From Lama guanicoe (Eukaryota): 64,000 nt of DNA. Location of the stretch: NCBI GenBank assembly GCA_013239625.1, contig MU053881.1:16794373-16858372 (forward strand), read 5' to 3'. The notes beneath the pieces were generated by a model, which ran no database searches, was not told the origin of the DNA, and worked only from the letters and a program-made list of their open reading frames with translations. The translations under genes and the position numbers were made by a program. Below, in pieces: positions 1 through 13,900 of this stretch. How positions within the stretch are numbered: the first letter of the stretch is position 1; each line of letters opens with the position of its first letter.

Positions 1-73
1 AAGGAGTCACTGTGACTGCTTCCAGACCAGCCCCCAGGAGAAACCTCAACTGGCTGGGTGTGACCACACTCAC

Positions 74-136
74 CTCTTTCAGTTTGTCAGACAGAAGTTT
101 AATTTCTTCTTCATATTTATCCTCCTTTTCAGAATA
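74..136 (-). CDS. TPM4: Tropomyosin 4 exon 7 (exons 8-9 lie beyond the window start)
   Basis: 63 nt, YSEKEDKYEEEIKLLSDKLKE; CAG/GTGAGT boundaries. Confidence 0.96.
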
Positions 137-179
137 CTGTGGGAGAAACCAAAACATTGCTTTTAAAAAAGGAGGGGTG

Positions 180-290
180 GGGGCAGGGTATAGCTCAGCG
201 GTAGAGTGTATGCTTAGCATGCACAATGTCCTGGGCTCAATCCCTAGGACCGCCATCAAAATAAATAAACCTAATTATCCTCCTCCCCCC
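180..290 (+). mobile_element. tRNA-Ala-derived SINE (Vic-1-like, camelid)
   Basis: GGGTATAGCTCAGCGGTAGAG...TGCTTAGCATGC...TCAATCCC head followed by AAATAAACCTAATTA tail. Confidence 0.85.
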
Positions 291-326
291 CAAACAAACC
301 AACAGAAAAACCACCCAAACAAACAA

Positions 327-423
327 TGGGGATGGATACAGTTCAGCAGTAGAGCACATGCTTAGCATGCATGAGGTCCTGAGTTCAATTCCTGGTAACT
401 CCGTTAAACAAATTAAATAAAAA
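327..423 (+). mobile_element. tRNA-Ala-derived SINE (second copy, tandem)
   Basis: Same head motif, more diverged, with an A-rich tail. Confidence 0.8.
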
Positions 424-2115
424 GGAGGGAGGGAGGGGCAAAGCATAAAAGAATGCATGTTTCCTGTTCCTTGGAGAAAAGGGTGTGCCCAAAGCTGTGA
501 ACACTCCTTAGAAGCAAAGTAGAGACGGGCACCTTTCCAGGCAGAAGAAATGTGTGGGAAACTCAGAGACTCTAGGAGTGAGTTCCCTGAGATGGTACTG
601 AGATCTCAAGGCCTGAGCTGATAATCGGAGATACAAGTGTGATGAAGATGGAGCAGGTGACTGAATGGAAACATGCTACTACAGCCCCCCGCAGTGGCTG
701 GCGTAACCTGTGTTTCCAATCCCACTTCCCACCAGCTTCCCCAAGCTGCCACTTGCTTCCTGAACCCATTCTGTGTACTCTCCGGTCTCCCAGCCTTTGA
801 CTATGACTGCTCCCCCGGCCCGCCTCCATCTTCCATTTCCTGTTACTACTTGTCACAAATTCTATTTGTCTTTCAAGGCTCAACTCCCACGAGCCTTGGC
901 TAACCTTCAGTAACTGCTTGCTACAGTGCTATAATCATCAATCCCATTTTACAGATAAGTAAAGCGTCACAAAGAGGTTATGTGATTTGTCTAAGGTCAC
1001 AAGGCTATGAAATGACTAAGCCAGGACTGGAACCAGACTCTGGAACTTGAGCTCTGGGCAGCATCACTCTCTCTAGTCAACATCACCTCCTTGTGACACC
1101 TTTCCTAACTTCCCAAAGTCCCTATTGAAGTCCCAGAGCCTGTGGTTACTCTGTCAATCCCTCTGCTCAATCAGACTGTGAGCTCTTCAGAGCAGAAGCC
1201 ATGACCGTAGCATCTAACCTCAGGACCAGGGCAGCATCTATGGCATACACACGTGGACATGTGGACTGCATTTATTCAACTCTCCCACCATGAAATATAT
1301 GCCAGGACCAGACTGGTACTAATGACCCAGCTCTAAACAAGACAGATACAGTTTCTGTTCTTAAAACTTCCAATCATGCAACTCATTAGGATACATGTGA
1401 TCAACCAGCATGTTAAGATAAGATGTAGCTGGGGGTATGCAGCTGAGAAACACCTAACCTAGATGAGCCACTGGGGAGGGCCTCCTACACGGAGACCTAA
1501 AGAATGGATGGGGGTTACCAAGCAAAGGGAGGGCCACCCCAGGTGGAGTGGACGGCAGGTTCAAAGCACCAGAGGCGATGAGAGAACACAGAATGTTTCT
1601 GCGCGTGAAAGTTCAATGCAACTGGAGGGGAGCAGGAAGAAGCGTGAGGATGGAAACTCAGCAGCGGTGGGGAGTGTCAGTCCATGGAATGACTGCTTTG
1701 GGTTTGGGAATGACTGTTTCAACCCAACAAGCTCAAGTGCACCTCTGATTGCTGCCCGACTTTCTAGAAAGTGTTTCTGGAGGAACCAGGGATTCAATTG
1801 AGCGTGAGGCTCTGTAGTTACACGATTATGCTCAGATTTCCTTAAGAGGAGTCTGACTTGGTACCAGTCTCATTTTCCATCTCACCTTCATAGGAGGTGG
1901 AGAGAAAAGATGGTGCGAAGACCCCATGAAAGAGGGAAATCCAGCCTCCGGACACCTCTTTCTGGAGGGAAAAAAACCTAGCCACTGGGCACCAAAGCTA
2001 CCATTAGCAAATACACGTCAGACCCCTGAGACCCCGGCATGCTCCTGTGTGTCCCTGTGGGGAAGAAAAGAAAAAAGTCCGGCAAATCACCCTCCAGCTC
2101 AGGCCAACCACCAAC

Positions 2116-2191
2116 CTTTTCAGAAGCAGCCTCTAGTGACTTCAGGTTGTTAGTGACATTCTTGAGTTCTTCTTCCAGGTCCCCACATTTT
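2116..2191 (-). CDS. TPM4: Tropomyosin 4 exon 6b
   Basis: 76 nt, KCGDLEEELKNVTNNLKSLEAASEK; CAG/GT boundaries; phase matches exons 5 and 7. Confidence 0.96.
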
Positions 2192-3124
2192 CTGCACAAA
2201 GACAAAAGGATTTTTGGGTCTTATCTTCCCCGGCGGCAGGCAATTCCCCTAAAAGAAGTTTTCAAAAGGAGGAATCCACGCTGCCAGGGGCCCCCAGAAG
2301 GAATGTGGGGAAAAAATGTTAATGGCTTTCTCTGAGACATGGTGCTGCGTACTTATCAAAACCCCATCGTGCTGGGCAAAGGCGCGGCCGGCCAAGGAGT
2401 ATTTGGAAGGTTTGTAAAGCTCTCCTGGGCTCCTGCCAAGTCTGAGGCAACAGGGACTTGTGAAATCTCTGATTGATGAGGCTGACTAGGAAGGCTGTTT
2501 CAGTGTGAGATGGAGTGCCGGAGGCTGGCAGACAGCAATTGGAGTTTACACCGGATACTCCAGGAAGTAAGCTTGGAATGGATTTTCGAAACCAGATCTT
2601 TCTCAGCACTGTGGGATGCTCCAGGGGGCTGGATTCCTCACCCAAGTCCAAGGGGAGAGGCTTTTTGTTTCTTTGCTGGAGCTTGTGGGGATTCTGGTGG
2701 TCAAGCTTCTCACTTTACCCCCCAGGAATGTGTCGCAGCTAAACAGTGACATCAAAGCACAAGGAATTTAAACGCTGCCTTCCGTAGGTCCGTGTTCTCA
2801 TAAAAAGGCACAGCCTCCTGAGATGTCTTCTAGGAAAATGGGACTTCTGGGCTTCTCTGCCACTGCCTGGCTCACTCACATTTCTCAATACCTTGTGGGA
2901 AGAGTCATCACGTGGGCAGCACTTCCCCGGGCAGGAAGAACAAACAGTGGCCATCACTCTTTGTCTGCCGTGGAGGCCAAGAGGAGGGACAGAGCAATGA
3001 GTCCCAGATGCTCGTCCACTTGACCAGAGGCCCTGGTCGGTGTCCAATCCCAGCACAACCACCTCCCCACCGGCTCTGCCCCACGGAGTGGAGCTGGGTG
3101 CCACTCAGTCCAGCAGTCACTCAC

Positions 3125-3195
3125 AGTTCAGACACCTCGGCACGCTCCTCCGCCCTCTCCAGCTCGCCCTCCAGGATGACCAACTTACGAGCTAC
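3125..3195 (-). CDS. TPM4: Tropomyosin 4 exon 5
   Basis: 71 nt, VARKLVILEGELERAEERAEVSEL; CAG/GTGAGT boundaries. Confidence 0.97.
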
Positions 3196-3535
3196 CTGCG
3201 GAGACAGAAAGGATCAACCCAGACTGACCCTCCATTGCCCCACCTAGTAGGATGCCCTGCCCCTGCAGACAGCCAGGCTGCGCCCAGACCATCTGCAGCC
3301 GAGGGCTCTCTGCTGCTGCTTCGACTCTGACCATCCTGGAGAAAATCCAAAGTCTCTCCCTCAGGCCCCAGGAGTGAGGCAGACAGGAAGGGCAGGAAGA
3401 GATGAGACCACGGGGGCAGACAGAAGAGCAACTATGCACTTTCGTGGTCTAAAGACCCAGCACTGGGGACCACAAGTCCCCATCGGAGCCCAGCAGCAGG
3501 GCCAAAAGGGATCTGATCACTTGGTTTCCCCACTA

Positions 3536-4160
<625 letters not shown>

Positions 4161-6328
4161 AACCATATTCCAAGAAACTACAGCTGCTTTTACTCAATTC
4201 ATTTTTAGTGAGCACCAGGCACTATTCTAAGAGCCTTAAAATTCACAACTCACCCCCCACAGAAATAGACACATTATTCCCATTTTACAGAGGAAGAAAC
4301 TGAGGCATAGGGAGGCTAAGTGACTTGCTCCAGAATCCATGCTCCCATCCTAGAGTCTCACTAACCAATAACCAGGTGGACTTGTACACCAACAGTTAGC
4401 ACCGAGGGATCAGAGGTCTGGGCCAGCTTGGCTGTGGGAGTGAAGAATTCCGCTGCAGTGAGGGAGGATGTGTGTATATGTGTGTGTGTTTCACGAGAGG
4501 CCTTCCAGAAGAGTCCACAAGTGAACAACGAGAGGAAAGTTATTCTTCAGTGAGTCGGAACTGTACAAAAAAGCTCCAGAAAAATGAAAGAATATGGCAG
4601 GGAGGTCAGGGGGGCTGGATCCCAGGCTGCACGCTTGAATGACATGCTAAGGATTTTATGCCCAGGTGACAGGGAACCACAGAGGGGTTTCAAAAATAGA
4701 AGTGAGTGGAAACCAGAATGATGGATGGAGTGAGAAGACCAGGGAAGAGGCAGGCAGCTCCACAAGGTGACAGATAAGGGTACCTACAACTTCTGACCAT
4801 GAAATGAACTGACTCTGGCCCACCCTGCTTGGAGTGGACGAGGCATCAGAGACCTCCAAAGAGACCAACCCAGGCTAACGTATCACCGTGTGCCTGCCCA
4901 CAGCAGGGGATCACATACTTCCTGCTGTCTTATCAATACCTCCATTCGGACCATCACTACTACCATTTTCAGGTGACGACCAAGACACTCTCCACACCTG
5001 TACCTCCAGATCAGCCAGCTCGGAAACTCCTCTTTAATAACAGATCGCAATGACTTGCCCAAGGCCACACAGGAGGTGACAGTGCAAAGACTTGAATCGA
5101 GATCCACCAGCTCCTCAGTATAGAATTCTTTCTATCAAAACAGCAGTTTCTAACAAGGGTGGCATCAATACCAACCAGTGAGGGGCCTTTCCAGTCTCCC
5201 TTGATTTGCCTAGGGGAGGTCCCAGAAGTGAGACATCTGATCAGGCTGGTCTGGATCTGACCAGCTTAGCAGCTCATCTCAGGCCTAGACACAGCCATGA
5301 GCACCTGTGACTGCATCCTTCACACTTCTCGGTGGTGCCCTGAGCTGCCACCCACTCCCTCTCTCCAGTGGCTGAGACAGAGCCTGCACTGGGATCGGTG
5401 CCCTCAGTAGGAGCTATTTCACTGCACGGGAAGACAATTTCCCACTTGGGCAACTCGAAAAAAGTCAATCGCCAAGATTCCCCAGTGGGTTTCGGCATCA
5501 CTAGTGGCTGGTCACCATAAGACAATCAGGAATGAAGCCTTGGGAGGAGCTTCTACCGGGAAACCATGGTGGATTGGTCAACGAAGAATTCTGGTGCGAT
5601 CGTGTGGCAGCCCCGCGATGATCAGCGGCCCAGCCCACACCATCACCGCACACAAGGAACCCATTGACCACCACACAGAGACGGCTGCTTCTGTGAATTA
5701 CACAATCTGCCTTCAGTCCTCCAGAGCCTGCGCCAAGGCGTGCCAGAGAACTGGCCCGCTCCGGAGGAGGAGGACACTGTAGGACCCTGCCGGAGGCAGC
5801 ACGCATGCCCTGGAGGTGAGCAGCACTATCAGTTAAAAGTACATTAAAGGGACTGGTTTGCGCACGTCCCGGCCATATGGCTGTGCAGTAGCCCAAAGCC
5901 TGCCTGGAGCACTGTTCACAATCATCTATGAAGCTGGCCCATTCTAAATGTCATCCCCCACCTTATCACATCACCCTGGAAATTGCTCTGGAGAACACCG
6001 ACGACGCACAGTGGCTTTCAGAGAGAATATGTGAACCAGGGCCCTGTAAACTGACCGCCAATGACGGTCACAGCTGCAGTCTTACCTCTGCCTGTTTTTG
6101 GCCTTCCTCTGCCCGTTGGGAGTTTTCCTTAGTAACCACCACAGCATCAACACCTCGACACACAGCATGATGGTTCCCAAGGCATGGTCGTGCACTGAAC
6201 GTAGGTGCACGTGTGCATGTCTGTGTGATCACGTTTATGCTTATTTCAGCTCTGGGAGGCCAGCTATTGGGCACGATCCCCATTTCCCATAAGTGAACGC
6301 CAAGGCCACCCAGTTCACAGCATTCTTA

Positions 6329-6472
<144 letters not shown>

Positions 6473-9400
6473 TCAGAGGGGCGGTCAGGTAAAAGGGAAA
6501 CAGACCAACCAGCAGCGGGAGCTGTTCCATCACACAGTATCCTCTCCCCCAGGTAACACGCTTCCCCTGTCAAAGCCCATCCACGAATCCGGATGGTAGA
6601 TTTCATGCTCTATCTCATCTGGAAAATGTGAATTTTTCATACAATCTTTCCCCCAAATGTCAGTGAGCATCCACCGCTCAACTAGAAAGGCAAGCGTCCC
6701 ACAACAGGATGGACGGTCAAGTCAACCCAGGAGAAATCGACGAGTACGCTGTTCTAAGAGGACCTGCTGGCCTCTTCAGACTTGCTGGTCCCTCCATGGG
6801 GTTTCTAGGCAGCAAGGCCTCCAGTGACCTGGCTCACCCTGTCATATAAGGTCTGCTTCCTCCCAGCCAGCTGAATGGCAAGATAAATACAAGAATATGG
6901 ACGCCTTGGGACACGTGGGCCATCCAGTTGGGAGGAGGGGTGGGGGTCACCTGGTCAGAACTCCAGCCTCAACTAAGGCTGGCTGAGAGTTGCTGGGACA
7001 AAAAGGTGTCAGAAAGGAAAGAAAACTTGGTTGCTGATAAACGAGAGATGTCTGGATGGTGTTGCTGGCTTTTCAAGGTGTTTTTACCTACAAGTGGTGC
7101 GCATAAAAGCAGGAACTCCAGGATCAAAAATGTGCTGAGTCACAATCCCCGCTCTGCCGGGCTGTAGCCACGTGGCATCGGGTGGGTTGCTTCACTGCTG
7201 GCTCTGAGCCTCCCTATCCCAGCACCTGGTTACTTCACACCTCTGCAGGGACAGCAACGGAAGGGTGTGGCATTATACCTGGCATGTGGGATGTCCCACA
7301 AAGAACAGCTCTTACTGCTGTGACTTCACCTCTTTTAATCCTCGAGTATCTCACCCATTTTACAGTTGGAGAAACTGAGATCCAGCAAGGCGATGCAGTT
7401 TTGTTCAGTGTCACAGAGGGAATGTCCTCTGGAGCCCCAACCCAGGGTTCCTGCCTTGCTGAACCAGCACTCTGGGTCCTGTGGGGGCTTGGAGGCCACT
7501 TAGGAATATGGAGAGTTGGTAAAATAGAGATCTACCGACGGGTGAAGTATAAACCCACCCTGGCTTCTTCCTGACAAGACAAATAAAGACTCTCCAAATT
7601 GGAGGAGGATGTAAAAATTAGTAGAGTGAAAAAAAAATGAGGCCAGAGTTGCTGAGAAACAGAGTCAGGGAACTTTTCACAGCTCCAGAGTCCGAGTGGC
7701 AGAGGGAGAGGAAATACGCACAGGTGTTTCGGATCGCAACTTCCTCTGAAACACCAATGTGGAGAATCCATTTCAACCACCGATGAACTAGTTGCAGAAA
7801 TATCACCCACACCTTCCAGTGAGTAGGTGCCTTTCATTCTCTTTCAATTACATGAATCTTAGCTCTTTCCACTACGGGGGCAGGAATCAATTCTTTCCCC
7901 CCAATAGTTTTTAGTACATTCACAAAATTGTGCAACCCACACCACTGATTCCAAAAAATAGTTTTGTCACTCCTAAAAGAGACCTCATACTCATCAGCAG
8001 TCAAGAAATTGACGTTTTAGATCATGCAGAGGTGCATGATTCATGAGTAGCCTTAAAAAAAAAAGCCACTCCTTATGTGAGGGATTTTGAATCCCGACAA
8101 CATGCTTTTGGCATGTTTTCAATTATCTGGCATCGAAAGAGCTCTGAGATGCATTCATATATGTATGTATATACATATGTATATTTTTTTGAAAAACTGC
8201 TAGTCACTGCTAGTCATTTTGGGCTCCTCCCCTTCCTGCAATCAAAGCTTCTACACTCTACAAAGGATTTCCCTTATAAGGTAAAAGAGGCTTGCTAGAT
8301 ACATGTGGCAAAGGAACAGGAAGATGTCCGTTAATCACACAAAAATCTAAACGAAACCAGCTGTCGGGAGGCAGACTCAGAAGTCTGCCACACGCCGGCT
8401 CTTGGCTTTCTCTACCAGAGACTGAAAAAGGTTTTTTTTTTTTCGCCTCCTCTGGGCTCAATTCCTTTTACCCAGGAAACCTTCTCAAGGCTTTTCCCCT
8501 CTCCTGACCAAGAGAAGCACGCTTTGAAAAGTGAACTTTTTAAAGAAGTTTGCGACTTTCCAAAAACATCTTTCCTCCCAACTGGACAGTCCCACTCTTA
8601 AGTCTTGGCTGATGGCTAAGGGCCATTTTTAAGCAGAAGTAATTGTCCTCCAGCGAGATGACTTGGGATGAGATCAGAGGGAGGGTTAGGCCGGTTACGT
8701 GTGTGAAAGAGGCCAAACCAGCTACTGTTGGAGGCTTACACCAGGTTTCTGAGGCCTCTTCACGCCAGAGCAGACCTTACAGGATTAAACACTTTGACTC
8801 CAGCCAGGCGCAAGGCAGCCCGGGGCTCTTCCCTAGACCTGTCAATACACATGGCAATTCCACACACCTGGGCATCCTTTCCATTTCTGGGGGTCCCCAC
8901 CCTGAGTCTCAATGCTCCAGCTTTCAGGGATCCTGGGCTTCCACCCTCTACCCTAACGAAATTTCTTGCCTCTGCGTCTTTGCACATGATCTCTCGTTCC
9001 AGCAAACTCTTAGTTCTTCTGTAAGACCCTGTTCAACCTCCACTTTGAACCTACCCTACCGGCTGGCTGCTTTTGTTAGGATCCCGTAACAGAATACAGA
9101 ACCCCTCAGGAACACTAATCAGTCTTATTTGTACCCCCAACTCCCTCCCCCACCCCCACCCCCATGCACACACTAGGCTGTGAGCTCGTCTGGGGTAGAG
9201 AAGGGAGAAAAAAGACTAGGAATACTCTTTTTTCTACTATATGCCAGATGCCATGCAGGGAGGTTTTATTCCTGAGACGCCCCCGGCTATCCTGGGGTCA
9301 GCATTATTGTCGCTCATACTTTACTGATGGAGACACGCTCCTGGGAGTGAAGTACGAAGTGGTATGAGATAGGATTGGAATACAGACCTCTCTCTGGCCC

Positions 9401-10274
9401 CACGGGTTGCCACCACCTGTCTGATCCCAAGGGGCAGTCAGGCGACGGAGAAGAGAGGTCAAGCCCCCTCCTCATTCAGCCCCATTATCTGCCTCAAGCC
9501 CTGCGACTTGCAGCAGAGGCACACAAAATGATCGTGGGTCAAGGGCCCCGTGCTAAGGTCCCAAGGGTCCCTTAAAAGGAAGGCAGGGTCCCGCGGCCCT
9601 TGTTCCCGCCGGGACCAGCTGGGGAGGGAAAGGCCGGCGGCTCGGGACTGAACTTCCGCCCCCGCCTGGAGCAGACACGTCGCCGCCGCGCCCCTGGGAA
9701 CAGCTGGGAAAGTTCAGCAGGAACCGGGAAGCCTCGGAAGAGGCGAGAAAGTGCGACGCCCCCACCCCCACTCCCGGTCTCGCCCTGTCCAACCCCAGAC
9801 AATGGAAGCGCTACGTTTCCACTCTCACTTCCCGCTCCCAGGTCGAGTCGCAGGCCCCCCTCCCCCGCCCCGCCCGCCGCGCCCGGACCCCGGCGCCAGC
9901 CGCCAGTCAGAAGGCAGCAGGGTGTCCCCGAGCCCCTCTCCCCATTCCAGGATCGCGCACCCCCTCCTCCGTCCCATCCCCCCGTTTCTCGCTCGGCCGG
10001 CCCCGCCCGACCCGGATGCGGCACCCCCTCCCGCGTCCCAGGCCAGGAAAGGAGGATGGCGGTGAAGGAAGGGGTTTCAGCTGCGGGTCCCGGGGTGCGG
10101 GTCCGCGATTCGGAGCCCTGGGGCGCGAGTGTGCGAAGGTGGGCTAATGGGGGGGGGCAGCGGCGGGCGGGGAGCGCGGGAAGCGGGCGGCGCCGGGAGA
10201 AGGGAAGAAAGGAGGGGGCGCCCGGGCCGGGGGGCGGGAGCCCGAGCGCGCGGGGCCGGGGTGCGGGCTCTCAC

Positions 10275-10406
10275 TTTCTCGCGCCGCTCGCGCTCGCCGT
10301 CCAGCTCCCGCTGCAGGCCCTGCGCGCGGTCCTCCGCCTCGTCCGCCTGCTGCTGCAGGGCCTGGATCTTGCGTTTCACCGCCTCCAGGGAGTTGAGGCC
10401 AGCCAT
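10275..10406 (-). CDS. TPM4: Tropomyosin 4 exon 1b (short isoform start)
   Basis: 132 nt, [44 protein letters not shown], the diagnostic TPM4 N-terminus; donor GTGAG. Confidence 0.98.
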
Positions 10407-10809
10407 GGCGCGGAGGCGCACGCAGCGGGTGCGGGCAGCGGCGGGCGCTCGGCTCGGCTCGGCTCGGCTCGGCTCCGGCAAGAGCTGCAGCAGCCGCGCC
10501 CCGGCCCCCGAGCCTTTGCCTGCGCCGGGGCCGCCCCCGCCTCTCCCCGCCCCCGGCCCGGCCGCCGTCGGGGCGATGAGGTCACCCGGCCCGGCCGCCG
10601 ACGTCAGCACCGCTGGGGGAGGGCCTGACGTCGGCACCGCTGGCCACAGCTGCTGGAAAGTGCCCCTTTTCGGGACTTATTTGGAGAAAGCGCCGGGAGG
10701 CACCGCCTTCTCCTCTTCCTCCTCCTCCTCTTCCTCTGGCGCTTCCCACCCGCCCGGCCCCGGGGCTCCTGCCTGGCTCTGCCGCGGGCCCCCATTACTG
10801 GCCACGTAC

Positions 10810-10935
10810 GTCGGAGGCTTTCTTCTCCGTCAGCTCCAGCTTCTCATGCGCGTCCTTTAGGCTCTCGGAATGTTTGTCCAGTTCATCCTCCGTCTCCTTC
10901 AGCTTCTTCTGGAGGTGCGTCAGCTCCTCCTCCAC
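10810..10935 (-). CDS. TPM4: Tropomyosin 4 exon 2b
   Basis: 126 nt, [42 protein letters not shown], flanked by CAG acceptor and GT donor, phase 0. Confidence 0.95.
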
Positions 10936-13900
10936 CTGGGGACAGATCGGGGGACGCGTCAGCCTGGGACCACGACCCCGCGGGGCAGGGGTGTGCCCCC
11001 ACATTCACAAGAGTCCTCTGCCTGTGTCTCTGGGCCCAAGTTTTCTAATCTGTAAAACAGGGGTAACAGTGTTATGCACCACTCAGTAAATGGGTTAATA
11101 CGCCTTTAGCATCCTTTCCTTGTGCTTATCTTTTTTGGGGTCCCCTCTGTCCTCTTGCGGAATCCATCACAGCTATTGGGAAACAAGCCCCGACGCGTTT
11201 CCTAGAAACACGTGTTCAGTTTTTGCAGGCTCCTCTGAGGAGTCTCATGTTCTGGGCCTAGACCATCCCCTTACCCGCAGCCACCCCAACTCTGGCAGCC
11301 AGAGAAGCTTCCTACATATGTTTACCGGCCTTCTGCCTAGAACCTGCCGTGGCTCCCCATTGCTTAAGAGAGGGGTTCTCAGACCGTCCCACAAAATACC
11401 CTGAAGAGTTGACGTGCTCAGCCTCCCCAACTCCTGGACTTTGGGGGCTTAGGCTAAAAGAGAGGTACTCAAAGATCATTTTCTTGGAAAGCTCAGGTTA
11501 AATCTTTTACATTCTTGCATATTTGGCTTGTGTTCGTTTTAATAAAAATGTTCCTTACATTCCCCAAATTTTCAGTCCTCTTTGTTTATCCTGAGAGTCT
11601 TGCCCCACTCCTGGCACCCACAGTTTAAGAAGCTCAGGTCTATGGGATGCAAACCACAGACCCCTCCACCTCTCTGTTTCCACCACCCCCTACCACACCA
11701 GTCACCTCTCTCACCTCCCTCACCTTCCTCTAACTCTGAGCTGGGATGATCAGACCAGCTCATGCTTTGATCTCATTACGTCTCAGGTGGTTTGACCCCT
11801 GGTTTTGTCCATACTTTCAGGGTGGGCAGGTAGCCCCAAAGGACCGTGCATCCTCCTCCTGCTTCTTCCTCACAACAGGAAGCCCAGAGAAGGGGAGTGG
11901 CTCTCTGAGGGTCACACAACACAGGATTTGAACCCACTTCTGAACAGGCCCTCATGCCAGACTTGCTTTTCTGCACCCCTCCCTGACACGTACACTCCTA
12001 AGACAATATGCATAATATCAGGTGCTGTGTATGTATGTGTGTGAGCGCACACTTGCAGGCGTGCACGTTCTTCAAAGGGTCCCATCGCAGCCTCCCATCT
12101 CCCGGGCTACTGAGTGTCCTACTGCTCGCTGAGCTGGGGAATGGAAGCCGGGTGGAAGATCAAAGGAGAAGGGTGGCAGCAACTTGGGCCTAAGTCAGGG
12201 TCCACAGGCTCTGACCTTGACCTCTAGGTAAGGAGCCGGAAGCCTGACTCCAAATCCCAGCTGTATGACCCCTGTCCCCTTTTTTGGGCCTCAGTCTCCT
12301 CATCTGCAGAATGGAAGCCTTGACTTGGTGGTCTCTGAGTGTCCTGGCAGCTGCTTTTGAGCTTCCGCCTTGACCGAGAAAATGAGCCAATTTCCTTAAA
12401 GACAGGTCAGCCTGACCTAGTGTCCATTTGACTTCCTCTGGGTGACAGCATTCCCTAGGGGCCAGCTGTGTGCCGGGCACAGTGCTCTTATAACATGAAA
12501 GTATAAGAGCAAGTTCTGCAGCATTGGGTTCATTTGGGTGTAAAGGAAGTTTCTGATGACTTTTTCTTGCAGTGTTTGCACAACCAGGAATGAGTCTGTC
12601 ATAAGCAGGGCAGGAGACCACGGATCAGTTAGAATGTGCCACCGTCTTCCTGGAGCCTTATGGCACAGAAAAGTAAACTGAGTCCCTAAATAAGAAAAGG
12701 ACCTGCCCAAGGCCACACAGAGAGCTCATTTGAACCCTTGTCAGACTGACTCCCAGCTGGGTTGCTCCTCTGCTGGGTGAGCTGTGCCCACCGCCCAGCA
12801 CACTTTCTTCCACTGACCCTCCACACCCAGCGCCAGTGCCCCCTCCCCTAGGCAGAGCCCTCACCAACCCCTTGGGACCTCCCAGTCGCTATCTGACCCT
12901 CTGGCCCAACCCTGACCCCTAAGGCAGGGTTGTCCCTCCGTGTGTGGCTCTGTCCCCCCCACCCCAGTCTGGGCCTGAGGTTGCTACGGGCTCCAGCATC
13001 ACCCAGCGTGGAGCTGGGCCTGATGCTCACCACAGAACCCCGGGGGGGGGGGAGGTTTGCAGAATGAATCAACGACACAATCCCAAACCCTTCACTGGTT
13101 GGAGCCGAGTCTGAGAAATAAGTAAGACGGACACAGACTGGGTTCCTTTCCCTCTGTGAATTCCACCCCGACAAAGCGTGTATGGGTGCACAGGGCCTTG
13201 CTGGGGGGCTGAGCCTTGCCCTGGCTCTGCGAGGTCTCCCTCAAGTCATTTCCTTCTTGGGACCTCAGTTTCCCTGCTTGTAAAATGGCCAGGAGGGTCA
13301 TGGATTGCATCCCTGCAAATGGGGCCTTTGGGCAGGGCTGAAGCAGGATGTGGGGTCAAAGGCCATTTGTGGCGGATGTCACTGCCCTGGGAGGAGAGCA
13401 GGCAGGAAGTAGGCAGGCTTGGCCTCCTAGTCTTCTTCTGGACAGAGAGGGCTTGGAATCGAGACTTTGCTGCAGGGTCCATGAGGGTCAGGCTGGCCCA
13501 AGAACCATGTTCTCTGGGCTCCTGAAGCATAAGACACTCTGGGTAAATTGTCTTTCATGGCCTCCTGCCTTTGTTCCCAGGCAGAACTGGCCATCTGCCC
13601 TACAGAGCTCAGGCTTCTGCTTTGGACCTCTGGAATTTTGGCTTCAGTGCCCTACCATAAGAAAGCATTGTTTGCCCCCATTTCTCAGATGGGAACACTG
13701 AGGGCTCAGAGAGGGGCAGCAATGTGCTCTGAGTCACAGAGCTAGATGATCTGGTATGACTTTTAGCACAAGTCCACCCCAGTGGGCAGCTTTGTGGCAA
13801 AAAAAAAAAAAAAAGCCAGAATGAAAATCCAGCTGGAGGCTAGAGAACTCATCCTGGCCTTGGCCACCCAGCTGGCTGGATGCTTTGAGGAGCCTTCCCT

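Larger units (their letters stand above)
9560..11000. promoter_or_regulatory. TPM4: CpG island / internal promoter of TPM4 exon 1b
   Basis: Very GC- and CpG-rich stretch covering exons 1b and 2b. GC boxes; CRE-like TGACGTCG at 10599-10606 (-) and 10626-10633 (+); CArG-like ACTTATTTGG at 10675-10684. Confidence 0.88.

Noticed and set aside
2192..3124. Search for an alternative tropomyosin exon 6a (and 2a in intron 1a)
   Set aside because: No heptad-coding exon with suitable splice sites was found, consistent with known TPM4 structure.
9572..10860. Long ORFs (342, 243 and 150 aa) over the CpG island
   Set aside because: They are Pro/Gly/Arg-rich by-products of high GC content and stop-codon scarcity, overlapping real TPM4 exons, with no recognisable domain.
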